A DNA stretch of 64,000 nt, from contig CP086569.2 in NCBI GenBank assembly GCA_009914755.4, positions 7,456,001-7,520,000 of the forward strand. The letters run 5' to 3'. Below the pieces are notes generated by a model. It searched no databases. It was not told the DNA's origin and saw nothing but the letters and a program-made list of their open reading frames with translations. This DNA comes from the human T2T-CHM13v2.0 reference genome, Homo sapiens. The number at the start of each line of letters is the position of its first letter. Position 1 is the stretch's first letter. The translations under genes were made by a program, and so were the position numbers. Positions 35,641 to 47,255 of this stretch are shown here, piece by piece.

Positions 35641-38560
35641 CTTACACCATGTCAGTCGGCCTGTAACACACCATTTTTGCCGGTCCAGAAACCTGGGACA
35701 AATGATTACCAGCCAGTACAATACGTGAGGGAAGTTAATAAATGGACTGTTATTGTCCATCCAACCATCCCTAATCCTTATACTCTACTCAGCCTGCTCC
35801 CACCAGAACATACAGTATGTACTGTTCTTGACCTGAAAGATGCTTTCTTTGCTTTTCCTCTGGCCCCCAAAAGCCAGCCTATTTTTGCAATTGAATGGAC
35901 AGATCCAAGATCAGGAGACACTACCCAGCTGACTTGGACTGAGTTACCTCACCCTTTTTGGGGAGGCTCTTCGGCAAGATCTTATACCCTTCCGAGCTAG
36001 TCACCCTAACTGTACTCTTCTTCAGTATGTAGATGATATTTTAATAGCTACTGAAACTATGGACAGTTGTCTACAACACACAAGGGACCTGCTCTACCTC
36101 CTTCAGGAGCTCAGGTATGGAGTCTCAGCCAAAAAGGCCCAACTTTGTCTTGCCAGAGTGTCCTACCTGGGGTACGAGATAAACCAAGGAAACAGGGCAC
36201 TCACCAGTGCCCGGAAAGAAGCCATCCTGCGAATCCCCACTCCCACCACCAAGAGAAGGGTACGCGAATTACTGGGAGCCATGGGATACTGTCATCTCTG
36301 GATATTGAGGTTTGCAGAGTTTGCAAAGCCTTTGTATACTGCTACAAGAGGTAATGGCCCACTGATTTGGACAGACACTGAGGAACAGGGTTTTCAAAAT
36401 CTGAAAAAGGCTTTAACTGCAGCCCCTGCTTTAGCCCTCCCAAATATCTCAAAGCCTTTTCATCTGTTTGTCCATGAGAGCCAGGGAGTTGCTAAGGGGT
36501 TGCTTACTCAGACTTTAGGACCTTGGAGACGCCCAGTGGCTTATTTATCTAAGAAGCTGGATCCTGTGGCCTCAGGATGGCCAAGTTGCTTGCAAGACAT
36601 AGTGGCTACAGCAAGCCTAGTCCAAGAAACTGATAAGTTAACTCTAGGCCAGAATTTAACCCTTATGGCTCCTCATGCTGTAGAGATTTTACTACAAAGT
36701 GCTTCAGGTAAATGTATGTCAAATACTCGCATTTTACAATATCAGAGTTTACTGTTGGATCAGCCTCACTTGACTTTCTCTCCCACAAGGTGTTTAAATC
36801 CTGCTACACTACTCTCAGATCCAGATTCTAATATTCCTGTCCATGACTGTCAGGAGCTGTTAGAAACTATCAAAACTGGCAGGCCAGATCTTCAAGATGT
36901 GCCCCTGAAAAAGGCGGACGCCACCGTGTTCATGGACAGCAGAAGTTCCCTCGAGCAGGGGATACAAAAAGCCAGTGCAGCTGTTACCACAGCGAACACC
37001 TCAGCGCAGAAAGCTGAATTAATCACCCTTACTCAGGCTCTCCGATGGGGTAAGAATAAACGTATTAACATTTACACTGACAGCAGGCATGCTGTTGCTA
37101 CTGTGCATGTACCTGGAGCCATCTACCAAGAACGGGGGTTACTCACTTCAGCCGGAAAAATTATCAAGAACAAAGAGGAAATTCTAGCCCTGCTTGAAGC
37201 CATGTGGTTCCCTCAGCAGGTGGCTGTAATCCATTGTAAAGGACATCACAAAGAAAACACGGCCATTGCCTGCGGTAACCAAAAAGCTGATTCAGCACCT
37301 CAGGAAGTGGCACGGTCTTCAGTTTGGCCCATAAACCTGCTGCCAGCAGTTTCTTTTCCACAGCCAGATCTGCCTGACAACCCTGCATACTCAGCAGAAG
37401 AAGAAAAATTGGCTTCACATCTTAGAGCAAATAAAAATCAGAAAGGTTGGTGGATTCTTCCTGACTCTAGAATCTTCATACCCCAAGCTCTTGGAGAAAC
37501 TTTAGTCAGTCATCTACATTATACCACCCATTTAGGTGGGACAAAATTAGCCCACCTCCTCCAGAGCTGTTTTAAGATCCCTCATCTACAAAGCCTAACA
37601 AATCAACCAGTTCTCTGGTGCACAGCCTGTGCCCAGGTAAATGCCAAGCAAGGTCCTAAACCCAGCCCAGGTCACCATCTCCAAGGAAACTCACCAGGAG
37701 AAAAGTGGGAAATTGACTTTACTGAAGTAAATCCACACGGGGCTGAGTACAAATACCTTTTAGTATTAATAGACACCTTCTCTGGATGGACTGAGGCATT
37801 CGCTACCAAGAATGAGACTGCTAACACAGTAGTTAAGTTCTTAGTCAATGAAATCATCCCCCAATATGGGCTGCCTGCTGCCATAGGGTCTGATAATGGA
37901 CCTGCTTTCACCTCATCCATAGCTCAGTGAGTCAGTAAGGCATTGAACATTCAGTGGAAGCTCCATGGTGCCTATCGACCCCAGAGCTCTAGACAGGTAG
38001 AAAGCATGAACCGCACCCTAAAAAACATTCTTACAAAATTAATTCTAGAGACCGGTGAAAATTGGGTAAGTCTCTTCCTTTAGCCCTATTTAGAGTAAGG
38101 TGCACCCTTTATCAGGCTGGGTTCTCATCTTTTGAAATTATGTATGGGCAGGCACCACGTATCCTGCCTGAGCTAAAAGATGCCCATTTAGCAGAAATAT
38201 CACAAGCTAATTTATTGCAGTACATACAGTCTCTCCAACAGGTACAAGAGATCTTCTGCCACTTGTTCAAGAAGCCCATCCCAGTCCAGTTCCTCACCAG
38301 AAGGGCTCTGCCGTTCGTTCCAGCCCAGTGACCTAGTGTTTGTTAAAAAGTTCCAGAGAGAAGGACTAACTCCTGCTTGGAAGGGACCTCACACTGTCAT
38401 CCTCATGACGCCAACAGCTCTGAAGGTGGATGGAATTCCTGCTTGGATTCATCAGTCCCACATCAAAAAGGACAACAAAGCCCAAACAGAAACATGGGTC
38501 CCCAAGCCTGGGTCAGAGCCCTTAAAACTGCACCTGAGTGGGGTGAAACTGTTAGATTAA
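35640..38560 (+). pseudogene. pol: Retroviral pol (RT, RNase H, integrase) with at least two frameshifts near 35640 and 36030
   Basis: RT N-terminus [15 protein letters not shown]...LDLKDAFF (frame 1). LQYVDDILIA... through IN DDE region (frame 2, 36059-37930). IN C-terminus VFVKKFQREGLTPAWKGPHTVILMTPTALKVDGIPAWIHQSHIK (38336-38560). Confidence 0.9.
36059..37930 (+). CDS. Longest intact ORF (623 aa): RT thumb/connection, RNase H, integrase N-terminal HHCC and catalytic core; a fossil ORF, not a host gene
   Basis: Uninterrupted ORF in the supplied track. Collinear similarity to MLV pol (LGYRASAKKAQIC vs YGVSAKKAQLC; TDSRHAVATVHV; HCKGHHK; WEIDFTEV; LVLIDTFSGWTEAF). Confidence 0.85.
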   Translation: MDSCLQHTRDLLYLLQELRYGVSAKKAQLCLARVSYLGYEINQGNRALTSARKEAILRIPTPTTKRRVRELLGAMGYCHLWILRFAEFAKPLYTATRGNGPLIWTDTEEQGFQNLKKALTAAPALALPNISKPFHLFVHESQGVAKGLLTQTLGPWRRPVAYLSKKLDPVASGWPSCLQDIVATASLVQETDKLTLGQNLTLMAPHAVEILLQSASGKCMSNTRILQYQSLLLDQPHLTFSPTRCLNPATLLSDPDSNIPVHDCQELLETIKTGRPDLQDVPLKKADATVFMDSRSSLEQGIQKASAAVTTANTSAQKAELITLTQALRWGKNKRINIYTDSRHAVATVHVPGAIYQERGLLTSAGKIIKNKEEILALLEAMWFPQQVAVIHCKGHHKENTAIACGNQKADSAPQEVARSSVWPINLLPAVSFPQPDLPDNPAYSAEEEKLASHLRANKNQKGWWILPDSRIFIPQALGETLVSHLHYTTHLGGTKLAHLLQSCFKIPHLQSLTNQPVLWCTACAQVNAKQGPKPSPGHHLQGNSPGEKWEIDFTEVNPHGAEYKYLLVLIDTFSGWTEAFATKNETANTVVKFLVNEIIPQYGLPAAIGSDNGPAFTSSIAQ

Positions 38561-40387
38561 TTCTTTTTATTTACTTCTTCTGTTTATCCTTGCCTGTAAT
38601 GTCTTCTGTGCCTTCCTACTCCTTCCTCCTCACCTCTTTCACAACAGGACGTGTTTTCACCAATGCTACTTGGAAGTCTGGTACCTCCAAGGAAGTCATC
38701 TTTGCAAATGACTTATGTATACTGTTCCCACAACTGGCTCATACCCACAAAGAGCATAACAACCTGCCAGTCATGGGAGCAGGAAGTGTCGACCTTGCAG
38801 CAGGATTTTGACACTCTGGGAGCCAAGCCGGATGTGGAAGCTGCAAAGCTGCTGAAAAAGGACTCCAAAATTTGACTTTTACCTCTGTCCTCGAAATCAC
38901 CCTGATGCTAGCTGTCGAGATACTTAACAGTTCTTCTGCCCAGATTGGACATGTGTAACTTTAGCCACCTACTCTGTGGGATCAACTAGATCTCCAACTC
39001 TTTCAATAAGTCGTGCTTCTCATCCCAAATCATGTTCTAAAAATAACTGTAATCCTCTTAACATAATTGTCCATGAACCTAATTCAGCTCAATGATATTA
39101 TGGTATGTCATGGGGATTAAGACTTTACATCCCAGGATTCGATGTTGGAACTATGTTCACCATCCAAAAGAAAATTTTGGTTTCCTGAAGCCCACCTAAG
39201 CCACTCGGGCCTTTCACTGATCTAGGTGACCCTACGTTCCAAAAATGCCCTGACAAAGTTGATTTAATTGTTCCTCCACCATTCTCAGTTCCTAAGACCC
39301 AGCTGCAAAGACAATAACTCCAACCCAGTCGGATGTCTATACTTGGTAGAGTACATAATTTCCTTAACCTCACCCAGACTAAACTAGCCCAGGATTGTTG
39401 ACTATGTTTAAAAGCAAAACCCCCTTATTCTGTAGGATTAGGAGTAGAGGTGACACTTAAAAGTGGTCCTTTATCCTGTCACACATGACCTCGTGCTTTC
39501 ACATTAGGAGATGTGTCTGGAAATGCTTCTTGTCTAATTAGTACTGGGCATGACTTATCTATTTCTCCTTTTCAGGATGTTTGTAATTAGTCTCTGCTTA
39601 CTCCCATGAGGATCTCAGTCTCTTACCAAGCACCTAACAAAACCTGGCTGGCCTGCACCTCAGGTCTCACTCGCCGCATTAATGGAACTGAACCAGGACC
39701 TCTCTTGTGTGTTCTGGTTCATGTTCTTCCCCAGGTATACGTGTACAGTGGATCAGAAGGACAACTCCTCATCGCTTCCCTGGAATTATATCCCAGGCTA
39801 CACCAAGCTGCCCCACTACTGTTTCCTCTATTAGCTGTTCTCAGCATAGCTGGATCAGCAGACATTGGCATGGCTGCCCTGGTTCAGGGAGAAACTGGAC
39901 TAATGTCCTTGTCTCAACAGGTAGATGCTGATTTAAATAACCTTCAGTCTGCCATAGATATACTACATTCTCAGGTAGAGTCTCTAGCTGAAGTAGTGCT
40001 TCAAAACCGCCGAGGTCTAGATCTGCTGTTCCTCTCTCAAGGAGGATTATGTGCAGCTCTAGGAGAAAGCTCTTGTTTTTACACCAATGAATCTGGACTC
40101 ATAAAAGATAAACTCCAAAAAGTTCAAGAAAATCTAGATAGGTGACAACAAGAATGAGAAAATAACACACCCTGGTATCAAAGCTTGTTCAACTGGAACC
40201 CTTGGCTAACTACTTTAATCACTGGGTAAGCTGGACCCATCATCATCATATTATTGAGTTTGATTTTTGGGCCTTGTATATTAAACTGGTTCCTTAATTT
40301 TGTAAAGCAATGCATAGACTCTGTCAAACTTATGTTTCTAAGAACTCAATATAACCCCCTTGCTGTAACTGAAGAATCAACGATTTG
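38560..40387 (+). pseudogene. env: Retroviral env (SU badly decayed; TM with immunosuppressive-domain-like segment), multiple frameshifts
   Basis: 39606-40145 ORF: ...LQNRRGLDLLFLSQGGLCAALGESSCFYTNESG. Downstream membrane-spanning stretch IIIILLSLIFGPCILNWFLNF in a shifted frame. Confidence 0.75.
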
Positions 40388-40395
40388 ATTCCCCT

Positions 40396-40413
40396 AAAAC
40401 ACAAGTGGGGAAA
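40396..40413 (+). promoter_or_regulatory. Polypurine tract immediately 5' of the 3' LTR
   Basis: AAAACACAAGTGGGGAAA directly precedes the LTR start TGAAATGCC. Confidence 0.5.
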
Positions 40414-41063
40414 TGAAATGCCTAACCTTGTTTTTACTCTAACTCATTACTTTGAATTTTGTCCTGCTTGTCTCTTTAATCACCTATCCTTGCTTCTCAT
40501 GTAAATAAGACTCTCTGTAGCTGAGAAGGTCGGACCAACTCCAATTGACCCCTTAATTTATAAGACACTAAGGGCTCCTTACCCAACCCCCTTTTGTAAG
40601 GAGTTGGCCTGGGTAAACAGATCCTCAGCATTTCAAAAGAGCCCAAGTAACTGACAAGGTACTAACACCAACAATGTATGAAGTTCCCAGGATTTTTCTC
40701 AAAGAGATGACAACATAAAACCTGGAGTTCATGTCTGGCATAGACCCTATATCTAATTATAATGAAAGATTTAGAACCTTGCACCTACTACCATTGCTCT
40801 TCTTGTAACCATTTGTCTTTTAAGTTGTTTATTTCTCTGTAACCAGTTTGCTTCTTTTGATTCTTGCATGTTTTTACTTCTGTAGAATTATTGCATTTGA
40901 GTCCCCCTCCTCTTCCTAAACCTAGGTATAAAAGTTAATCAAGCCCCTTCCTCGGGGCCGAGAGAATTTTGAGCATTAGCCATCTCTTTGGCGCCCAGCT
41001 TAATAAAGGACTCTTAATTCATCTCAAAGTGTGGTGTATTTTTTAACTTGCTTGGGTACAACA
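40414..41063 (+). repeat. ERV 3' LTR
   Basis: Collinear with the 5' LTR. About 30 mismatches over about 650 nt by eye. Confidence 0.88.
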
Positions 41064-41176
41064 ATTAAGAATCTGCTTGAGTAAAGAAATAAGGCCAACC
41101 AGCTCTTGTGAAAGAATCATTAAAAATATACAGAAAAACCTATCATGTATATTATTTTTAAATATCACCAAATTCA

Positions 41177-42677
41177 CATAGAGGTCTTTATAGTGTTCTC
41201 TGATGGTAGTTTGTATTTCTGTGGGATCGGTTGTGATATCCCCTTTATCATTTTTTATTGCATCAATTTGATTCTTATCTCTCTTCTTGTTTATTAGTCT
41301 TGCTACCAGTCTATCAATTTTGTTGATCTTTTCAAAAAACAAGCCCGTGGATTCATTGATTTTTTGAAGGGATTTTTGTGTCTCTGTCTCCTTCAGTTCT
41401 GCTCTGATCTTAGTCATTACTTGCCTTCTGCTAGCTTTGGAATGTGTTTGCTCTTCATTCTCTAGTTCTTTTAATTATGATGCTAGGGTGTCAATTTTAG
41501 ATCTTTCCTGTTTTCTCTTGTGGGCATTGAGTGCTATAAATTTCCCTCTACACACTACTTTAAATGTGTCCCAGATATTCTGGTGTATTTTTTCTTTGTT
41601 CTCATTGGTTTCATAGAACATCTTTATTTTGGCCTTCATTTCATTATGTACCCAGCAGTCATTCAGGAGCAGGCTGATCAGTTTCCATATAGTTGAGCAG
41701 TTTTGAGTGAATTTCTTAATCCTGAGTTCTAGTTTTATTTCTCTGTGGTCTGAGAAAGAGTTTGTTATAATTTCTGTTCTTTTACATTGCTGAAGAGTGC
41801 TTTACTTCCAACTATGTGGTCAATTTTGGAATAGGTGTGGTGTGGTGCCGAGAAGAATGTATATTCTGTTCATTTGGGGTGGAGAGTTCTGTAGATGTCT
41901 ATTAGGTCCGTTTGGGGCAGAGCTGAGTTCAATTCCTGGATATCCTTTTTAACTTTATGTCTCGTTGATCTGTCTAACGTTGACAGTGGGGTGTTAAAAT
42001 CTCCCATTATTATTATGTGGGAGTCTAAGTCTCTTAGTAGGTCTCTAGGGACTTGCTTCATGAATCTGGGTGGTCCTGTATTGGGTGCATATATATTTAG
42101 AATAGTTAGCTCTTCTTGTTGAATTGATTCCTTTACCATTATGTAATGACCTTCTTTGTCTCTTTTGATCTTTGTTGGTTTAGAGTCTGTTTTATCAGAG
42201 ACTAGGATTGCAACCCTGCCATTTTTGTTTTCCATTTGTTTGGTAGATATTCCTTCATCTCTTTATTTTGAGCCCATGTGTGTCTCTGCACATGAGATGG
42301 GTCTCCTGAATACAGCACATTGATGGGTCTTGACTCTTTATCCAATTTGCCAGTCTGTGTCTTTTAGTTGGAGCATTTAGCCCATTTACATTTAAGGATA
42401 ATATTGTTATGTGTGAATATGATCCTTTCATTATGACATTAGCTGGTTATTTTGTTCATTAGTTGATGCAGTTTCTTCCCAGCATCAATGGTCTTTACAA
42501 TTTGGCATGTTTTTGCAGTGGCTGGTACCAGTTGTTCCTTTCCATGATTAGTACTTCCTTAAGGAGATCCTGTAGGTAGGCCTGGTGGTAACAAAATCTC
42601 TCAGCATTTGCTTCTCTTTAAAGGATTTTATTTCTCTTTCACTTGCGAAGCTTAGTTTGGCTGGATATGAAATTCTG
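41177..42677 (-). mobile_element. L1 (L1P-type), inverted 5' segment of a twin-primed insertion (ORF1 C-terminus to ORF2 endonuclease to about aa 400)
   Basis: Minus-strand translations: [32 protein letters not shown] (ORF1 end). Endonuclease HYIMVKESIQQEELTILNIYAPNTG...[39 protein letters not shown]...[21 protein letters not shown]. Confidence 0.92.
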
Positions 42678-45480
42678 GTTTGATGCAAGTAAACTAGAAA
42701 ATCTGGAAGAAATCGATAAATTCCTGGACACATACACCCTCTCAAGACTAAAACAGGAAGAAGTTGAATCCCTGAATAGACCACCAACAGGGTCTGAAAT
42801 TGAGGCAATAATTAATTGCCTAACAACCTAAAAAAGTCCAGGACCAGATGGATTCACAGCCAAATTCTATGCGACATACAAGGAGGAGCTAGTACCATTC
42901 TTTCTGAAACTATTACCATCAATGGAAAAGGAAAGAATCCTCCCTAACTCAGTTTATGAGGCCAGCGTCATCCTGATACCAAAGCCAGGCAGAGACACAA
43001 CAAAGAAAGAATTTTAGACCAATATCCCTGATGAAAATTGATGCGAAAATCCTCAATTAAGTACAGGCAAGCTGAATCCAGCAGCACATCAAAAAGCTTA
43101 TCCATGATGATCAAGTGGGCTTCATCCCTGGGATGCAAGGCTGCTTCAACATATGCAAATAAATAAACATAATACAACATATAAACAGAACCAAAGACAA
43201 AAACCACAATGTCTCAATAGATGCAGAAAAGACCTTTGACAAAATTCAACAGCCCTTCATGCTAAAATCTCTCAATTAATTAGATATTGATGGGATGTAT
43301 CTCAAAATAATAAGAGCTATTTATAACAAACACACAGCCAATATCATACTGAATGAGCAAAAACTGGAAGCATTCCCTTTGAAAACTGGCACACGACAGG
43401 GATGCCCTATCTCCCCACTCCTATTCAACGTAGTGTTGGAAGTTCTGGCCAGGGCAATAAGGCAGGAGAAAGAAATAAAGGGTATTCAATTAGAAAAAGA
43501 AGAAGTCAAATTTTCCCTGTTTGCAGATGACATGATTGAATATTTAGAAAAACCCTTTGTCTCAGCCCAAAATCTCTTTAAGCTGATAAGCAACTTGAGC
43601 AACATCTCAGGATACAAAGTCAATATGCAAAAATCTCAAGCATTCTTATACATCAAGAACAGACAAACAGAGAGCCAAATCATGAGTGAAATCCCAGTCA
43701 CGATTGCTTCAAAGAGAAGAAAATACCTAGGAATCCAACTTACAAAGGATATGGAGGACCTCTTTAAGGAGAACTACAAACCACTGCCCAATGAAATAGA
43801 AGAGGACACAAAAAGTGGTCGAACGTTCCATGCTCATGGATAGGAAGAATCAATATCATGAAAATGTCCATACTGCCCAAGGTAATTTATAGATTCAATT
43901 CCATCCCCATCAACCTACTAAGGACTTTCTTCACAGAATTGGAAAAAACTACTTTAAAGTTCATATGGTACCAAAAAGGAGCCCATATTGCCAAGATAAT
44001 CCTAAGCAAAAGGAACAAAGCTGGAGGCATCACGCTACCTGACATCAAACTATACTACAAGGCTACAGTAACCAAAACAGCTTGGTACCAGTACCAAAAC
44101 AGAGATATAGACCAATGGAACAGAACAGAGCCCTCAGAAATAATACCACACATCTACAACCATCTGATCTTAGACAAACCTGACATAAACAAGAAATGGG
44201 GAAAAGATTCCCCATTTAATAAATGTGCTGAGAAAACTGGCTAGCCATATGTAGAAAGCTGAAACTGTGTCCCTTCCTTACATCTTGTAAAAAACTAGTT
44301 CAAGATGTATTAAGGACTTAAATGTTAGACCTAAAACCATGAAAACCCTGGAGGAAAACCTAGGCAATAACATTCACGACATAGGCATGGGAAAGGACTT
44401 CATGTCTAAAACACCAAAAGCAATGGCAACAAAAGCCAAAATTGACAAATGGGATCTCATTAAACTAAAGTGCTTCTGCACAGCAAAAGAAACTACCATC
44501 AGAGTGAACAGGCAGCATAAAGAATGGAAGAAAAATTTTGCATTCTACTCATCTGACAAAGGGCAATATCCAGAATCTACAAAGAACACAAACAAATTTA
44601 TAAGAAAAAAAAAGAACCCCATAAAAAAGTGGGTGAAGGATATGAACAGACACTTCTCAAAAGAAGACATTTATGCAGCCAACAGACACATGAAAAAATG
44701 CTCATCATCATTGGCCATCAGAGAAATGCAAATCAAAACCACAATGAGATACCATCTCACACCAGTTAGAATGGTTATTATTGAAAAGTCAGGAAACAAC
44801 ATGTGCTGGAGAGGATGTGGAAAAATAGGAACAGTTTTACACCGTTGGTGAGACTAGAAACTGGTTCAACCATTGTGGAAGACAGTGTGGTGATTCCTCA
44901 AGGATCTAGAACTAGGAATACCATTTGACCCAGCCATCCCATTACTGGGTATATACACAAAGGATTATAAATCATGCTGCTACAAAGACATATGCACACT
45001 TAACGTTTATTGTGACACTATTCACAATAGCAAAGACTTGGAACCAATCAAAATGTCCATCAATGATAGTCTGGATTAAGAAAATGTGTCACATATACAC
45101 CATGGAATACTATTCAGCCTAAAAAATGATGAGTGTGTGTCTTTTGTAGGGACGTGGATGAAGCTGGAAACCATCATTCTCAGCAAACTATTGCAAGGAC
45201 AAAAAACCAAACACCAGATATTCTCACTCATAGGTGGGAATTGAAAAAATGAGAACATCTGGACACAGGAAGGGAAACATCACAACTGGGGCCTGTTGTG
45301 GGATGAGGGGAAGGGGGAGGGATAGCATTAGGAGATATACCTAATGTAAATGATGAGTTATTGGGTGCAGCAGACCAAAATTGCACATGTATACATACGT
45401 ACCAAACCTGCACGTTGTGCACAAGTACCCTAGAACTTAAAATATAACAATAAATAAATAATAAAAATAAAAATAAAAAT
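42678..45480 (+). mobile_element. L1 (L1P-type), direct 3' segment (ORF2 RT domain to 3' UTR and A-rich tail), degenerate ORF2
   Basis: [41 protein letters not shown], 3' UTR and AATAAATAATAAAAATAAAAATAAAAAT tail. Starts at the same L1 coordinate (CTCTACGCAAA) where the inverted segment ends. TSD ATCAC(C/A)AAATTCA at 41164-41176 and 45479-45491. Confidence 0.92.
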
Positions 45481-45864
45481 CACAAAATTCATACTTCAAA
45501 CAAACACTAGTCTTACTGAGTTTTACTACTTGCAGAAGGTGGGTTGGCATAGAACATGATGGACCATAGCCACTTTTTATATATCACCCAATTGCCCATA
45601 ATAAACCCAGAATTTAAGGCTGATCCTGTCAGTTCCTAAGAAGACAATCTTGACACGCACACAATTTTCCATTAAGATTGTTTCCCACTTCTACCTTCTA
45701 GTAATGTCTGTCAGCCCTACACTTCTGAGAATCCAGGACAGCAGGGCACAAGTAAAATCTCCTTGAATTATAACAAATGTTTGGTTTGTTCTTCCATATA
45801 ACACAGCTTTTCTATCCTCAGAAACAATAAGTTGAAAATGTGTTGTGTCAAGATATAGAATCAA

Positions 45865-46168
45865 GTCTGGGAATGGTGGCTCATGCCTGTAATGCCAGCA
45901 TTTTGTGAGGTCAAGGCAGGAAGATCACAAGGTCAATATATCCAAAACATGCTGACTCACATGGTAAAACCCCATCTCTACTAAACATACAAAAATGTAG
46001 TCAGGCATGAAAACCCCTTCCTGTAGTCCCAGCTACTTGGGAGGCTGACCCAGGGGAGTCACTTGAACCCAGGAGGTGGAGGTTTCAGTGAGCCAAGATC
46101 ATGCCATTGTGCTCCAGCCTGGGTGACATAGTGAGATTCTATATCAAAAAGTAAGTAAATAAATAAAT
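45865..46168 (+). mobile_element. Alu SINE with 13-bp target-site duplication
   Basis: GTCTGGGAATGGTGGCTCATGCCTG ... tail. TAGAATCAAGTCT flanks both sides (about 45851 and about 46170). Confidence 0.9.
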
Positions 46169-46930
46169 CTAGAATCAAGTCTACATGAAAAGGATTGATA
46201 ATTCCGTCTAAGCCAGAATTTAGAGAAGGAAGACAAAAACTGTACTTTGTTAATCAAAATGAATAGAATTCTGACCATGCATGTGGTAAATAATATTAAC
46301 ATGTGTCAGCCATTTCAAGTTTGACTGGATAGACTTGTGCACTACCTCTCTCCATAGATGTTTAAATGTAGAAACATAATCTGAAAATTTTAGGATGATT
46401 TCATTTAGTTTTGCTAAAATGTCCATCTCTTAATCTTGTTTCAACTTTGAGATGTGGTCTTGCAGCATTGGTACAATTATGCTCTCTTCATATGCAAAAT
46501 TAATGTCATTTTTTACTATAGATATTTTAAATGTTTCACTTGAGACCACAGTCTAATTTTAAAAAGAATACTTATTTATAATTATGTAGCTTCCTTTACA
46601 TAGTTAGTATTATCTTTGTTTACTTCATGTACATGTCAAAAAAACCTCATGACTTATTAAGAATTCTATTGTTTACTTGAATATATTGGGCCAATAAAAT
46701 TAATAAACTCAATTATGTCATTTTTATAGAGTAAAATAGACAACAACTAAACAAATATTGGCTTATTGGATTAAATAGAATTCTATAATTGAAAAATGTA
46801 AAATGTACAAAATAAATAACATATACACACTATAAAATTACTCACATGTGAAAATTATTTTCTGAAAAGCATTAAATTTTATCTAAGTCACTTTCATAAT
46901 TTCTGAGGGGAGTGTAGAAAGAATGCCTTT

Positions 46931-47255
46931 TTGTTTGTTTGTTTGTTTGTTTGTTTGTTTGTTTGTTTTTTGAGATGAAGTTTCACTTCATTGCCCAGGC
47001 TGGAGTGCAATGGCACCATCTTGGATCACTTTAATGTTTGTCCCCTGAGTTAAAGTGATTCTCCATTACTCAGCCCCCTGAGTAGCTGGGATTACAGGAG
47101 CCCAACATCATGGCCAGATAATTTTTGTAATTTTAGTAGAGACAACGTTTCACCATGTTGGCCAGGCTGGTCTCAAACTCCTGATCTCTGGAGATCTACC
47201 TGGCTTGGCTGCCCAAAGTGCTGGAATTTCAGGCATGAGCCACCAAGTCCAGCCC
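46931..47255 (-). mobile_element. Alu SINE (minus) whose tail has become (GTTT)n
   Basis: (GTTT)9 then TTTTTTGAGATGAAGTTTCACTTCATTGCCCAGGCTGGAGTG ... GGCATGAGCCACCAAGTCCAGCCC. Confidence 0.9.

Larger units (their letters stand above)
30903..41063 (+). mobile_element. Endogenous retrovirus provirus, class I (gamma-like), 5'LTR-leader-gag-pro-pol-env-3'LTR, defective
   Basis: Two co-oriented ~650 bp LTRs starting TGAAATGCCTAACC and ending TACAACA. Internal ORFs have clear MLV-like homology: gag MGN..., PPPY, capsid C-terminus; pro; RT YVDDIL; RNase H; IN HHCC and DDE; TM LQNRRGLDLLF...GGLCAAL. Confidence 0.93.

Noticed and set aside
36059-37930. The 623-aa ORF as a candidate domesticated host gene (RT/RNase H/integrase)
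   Set aside because: It begins mid-RT with no start context. It is flanked in the same provirus by frameshifted RT N-terminus, mutated protease and a broken integrase C-terminus. It is most simply a not-yet-decayed segment of a ~5%-diverged provirus. Domestication would need expression and conservation evidence.
41064-41176. Considered whether the ~110 nt between the 3' LTR and the L1 is part of the L1 (3' UTR) or of the provirus
   Set aside because: It is duplicated, together with the L1 junction, upstream of the provirus at 30675-30789. It ends in the L1 target-site duplication. It is therefore pre-existing host flank.
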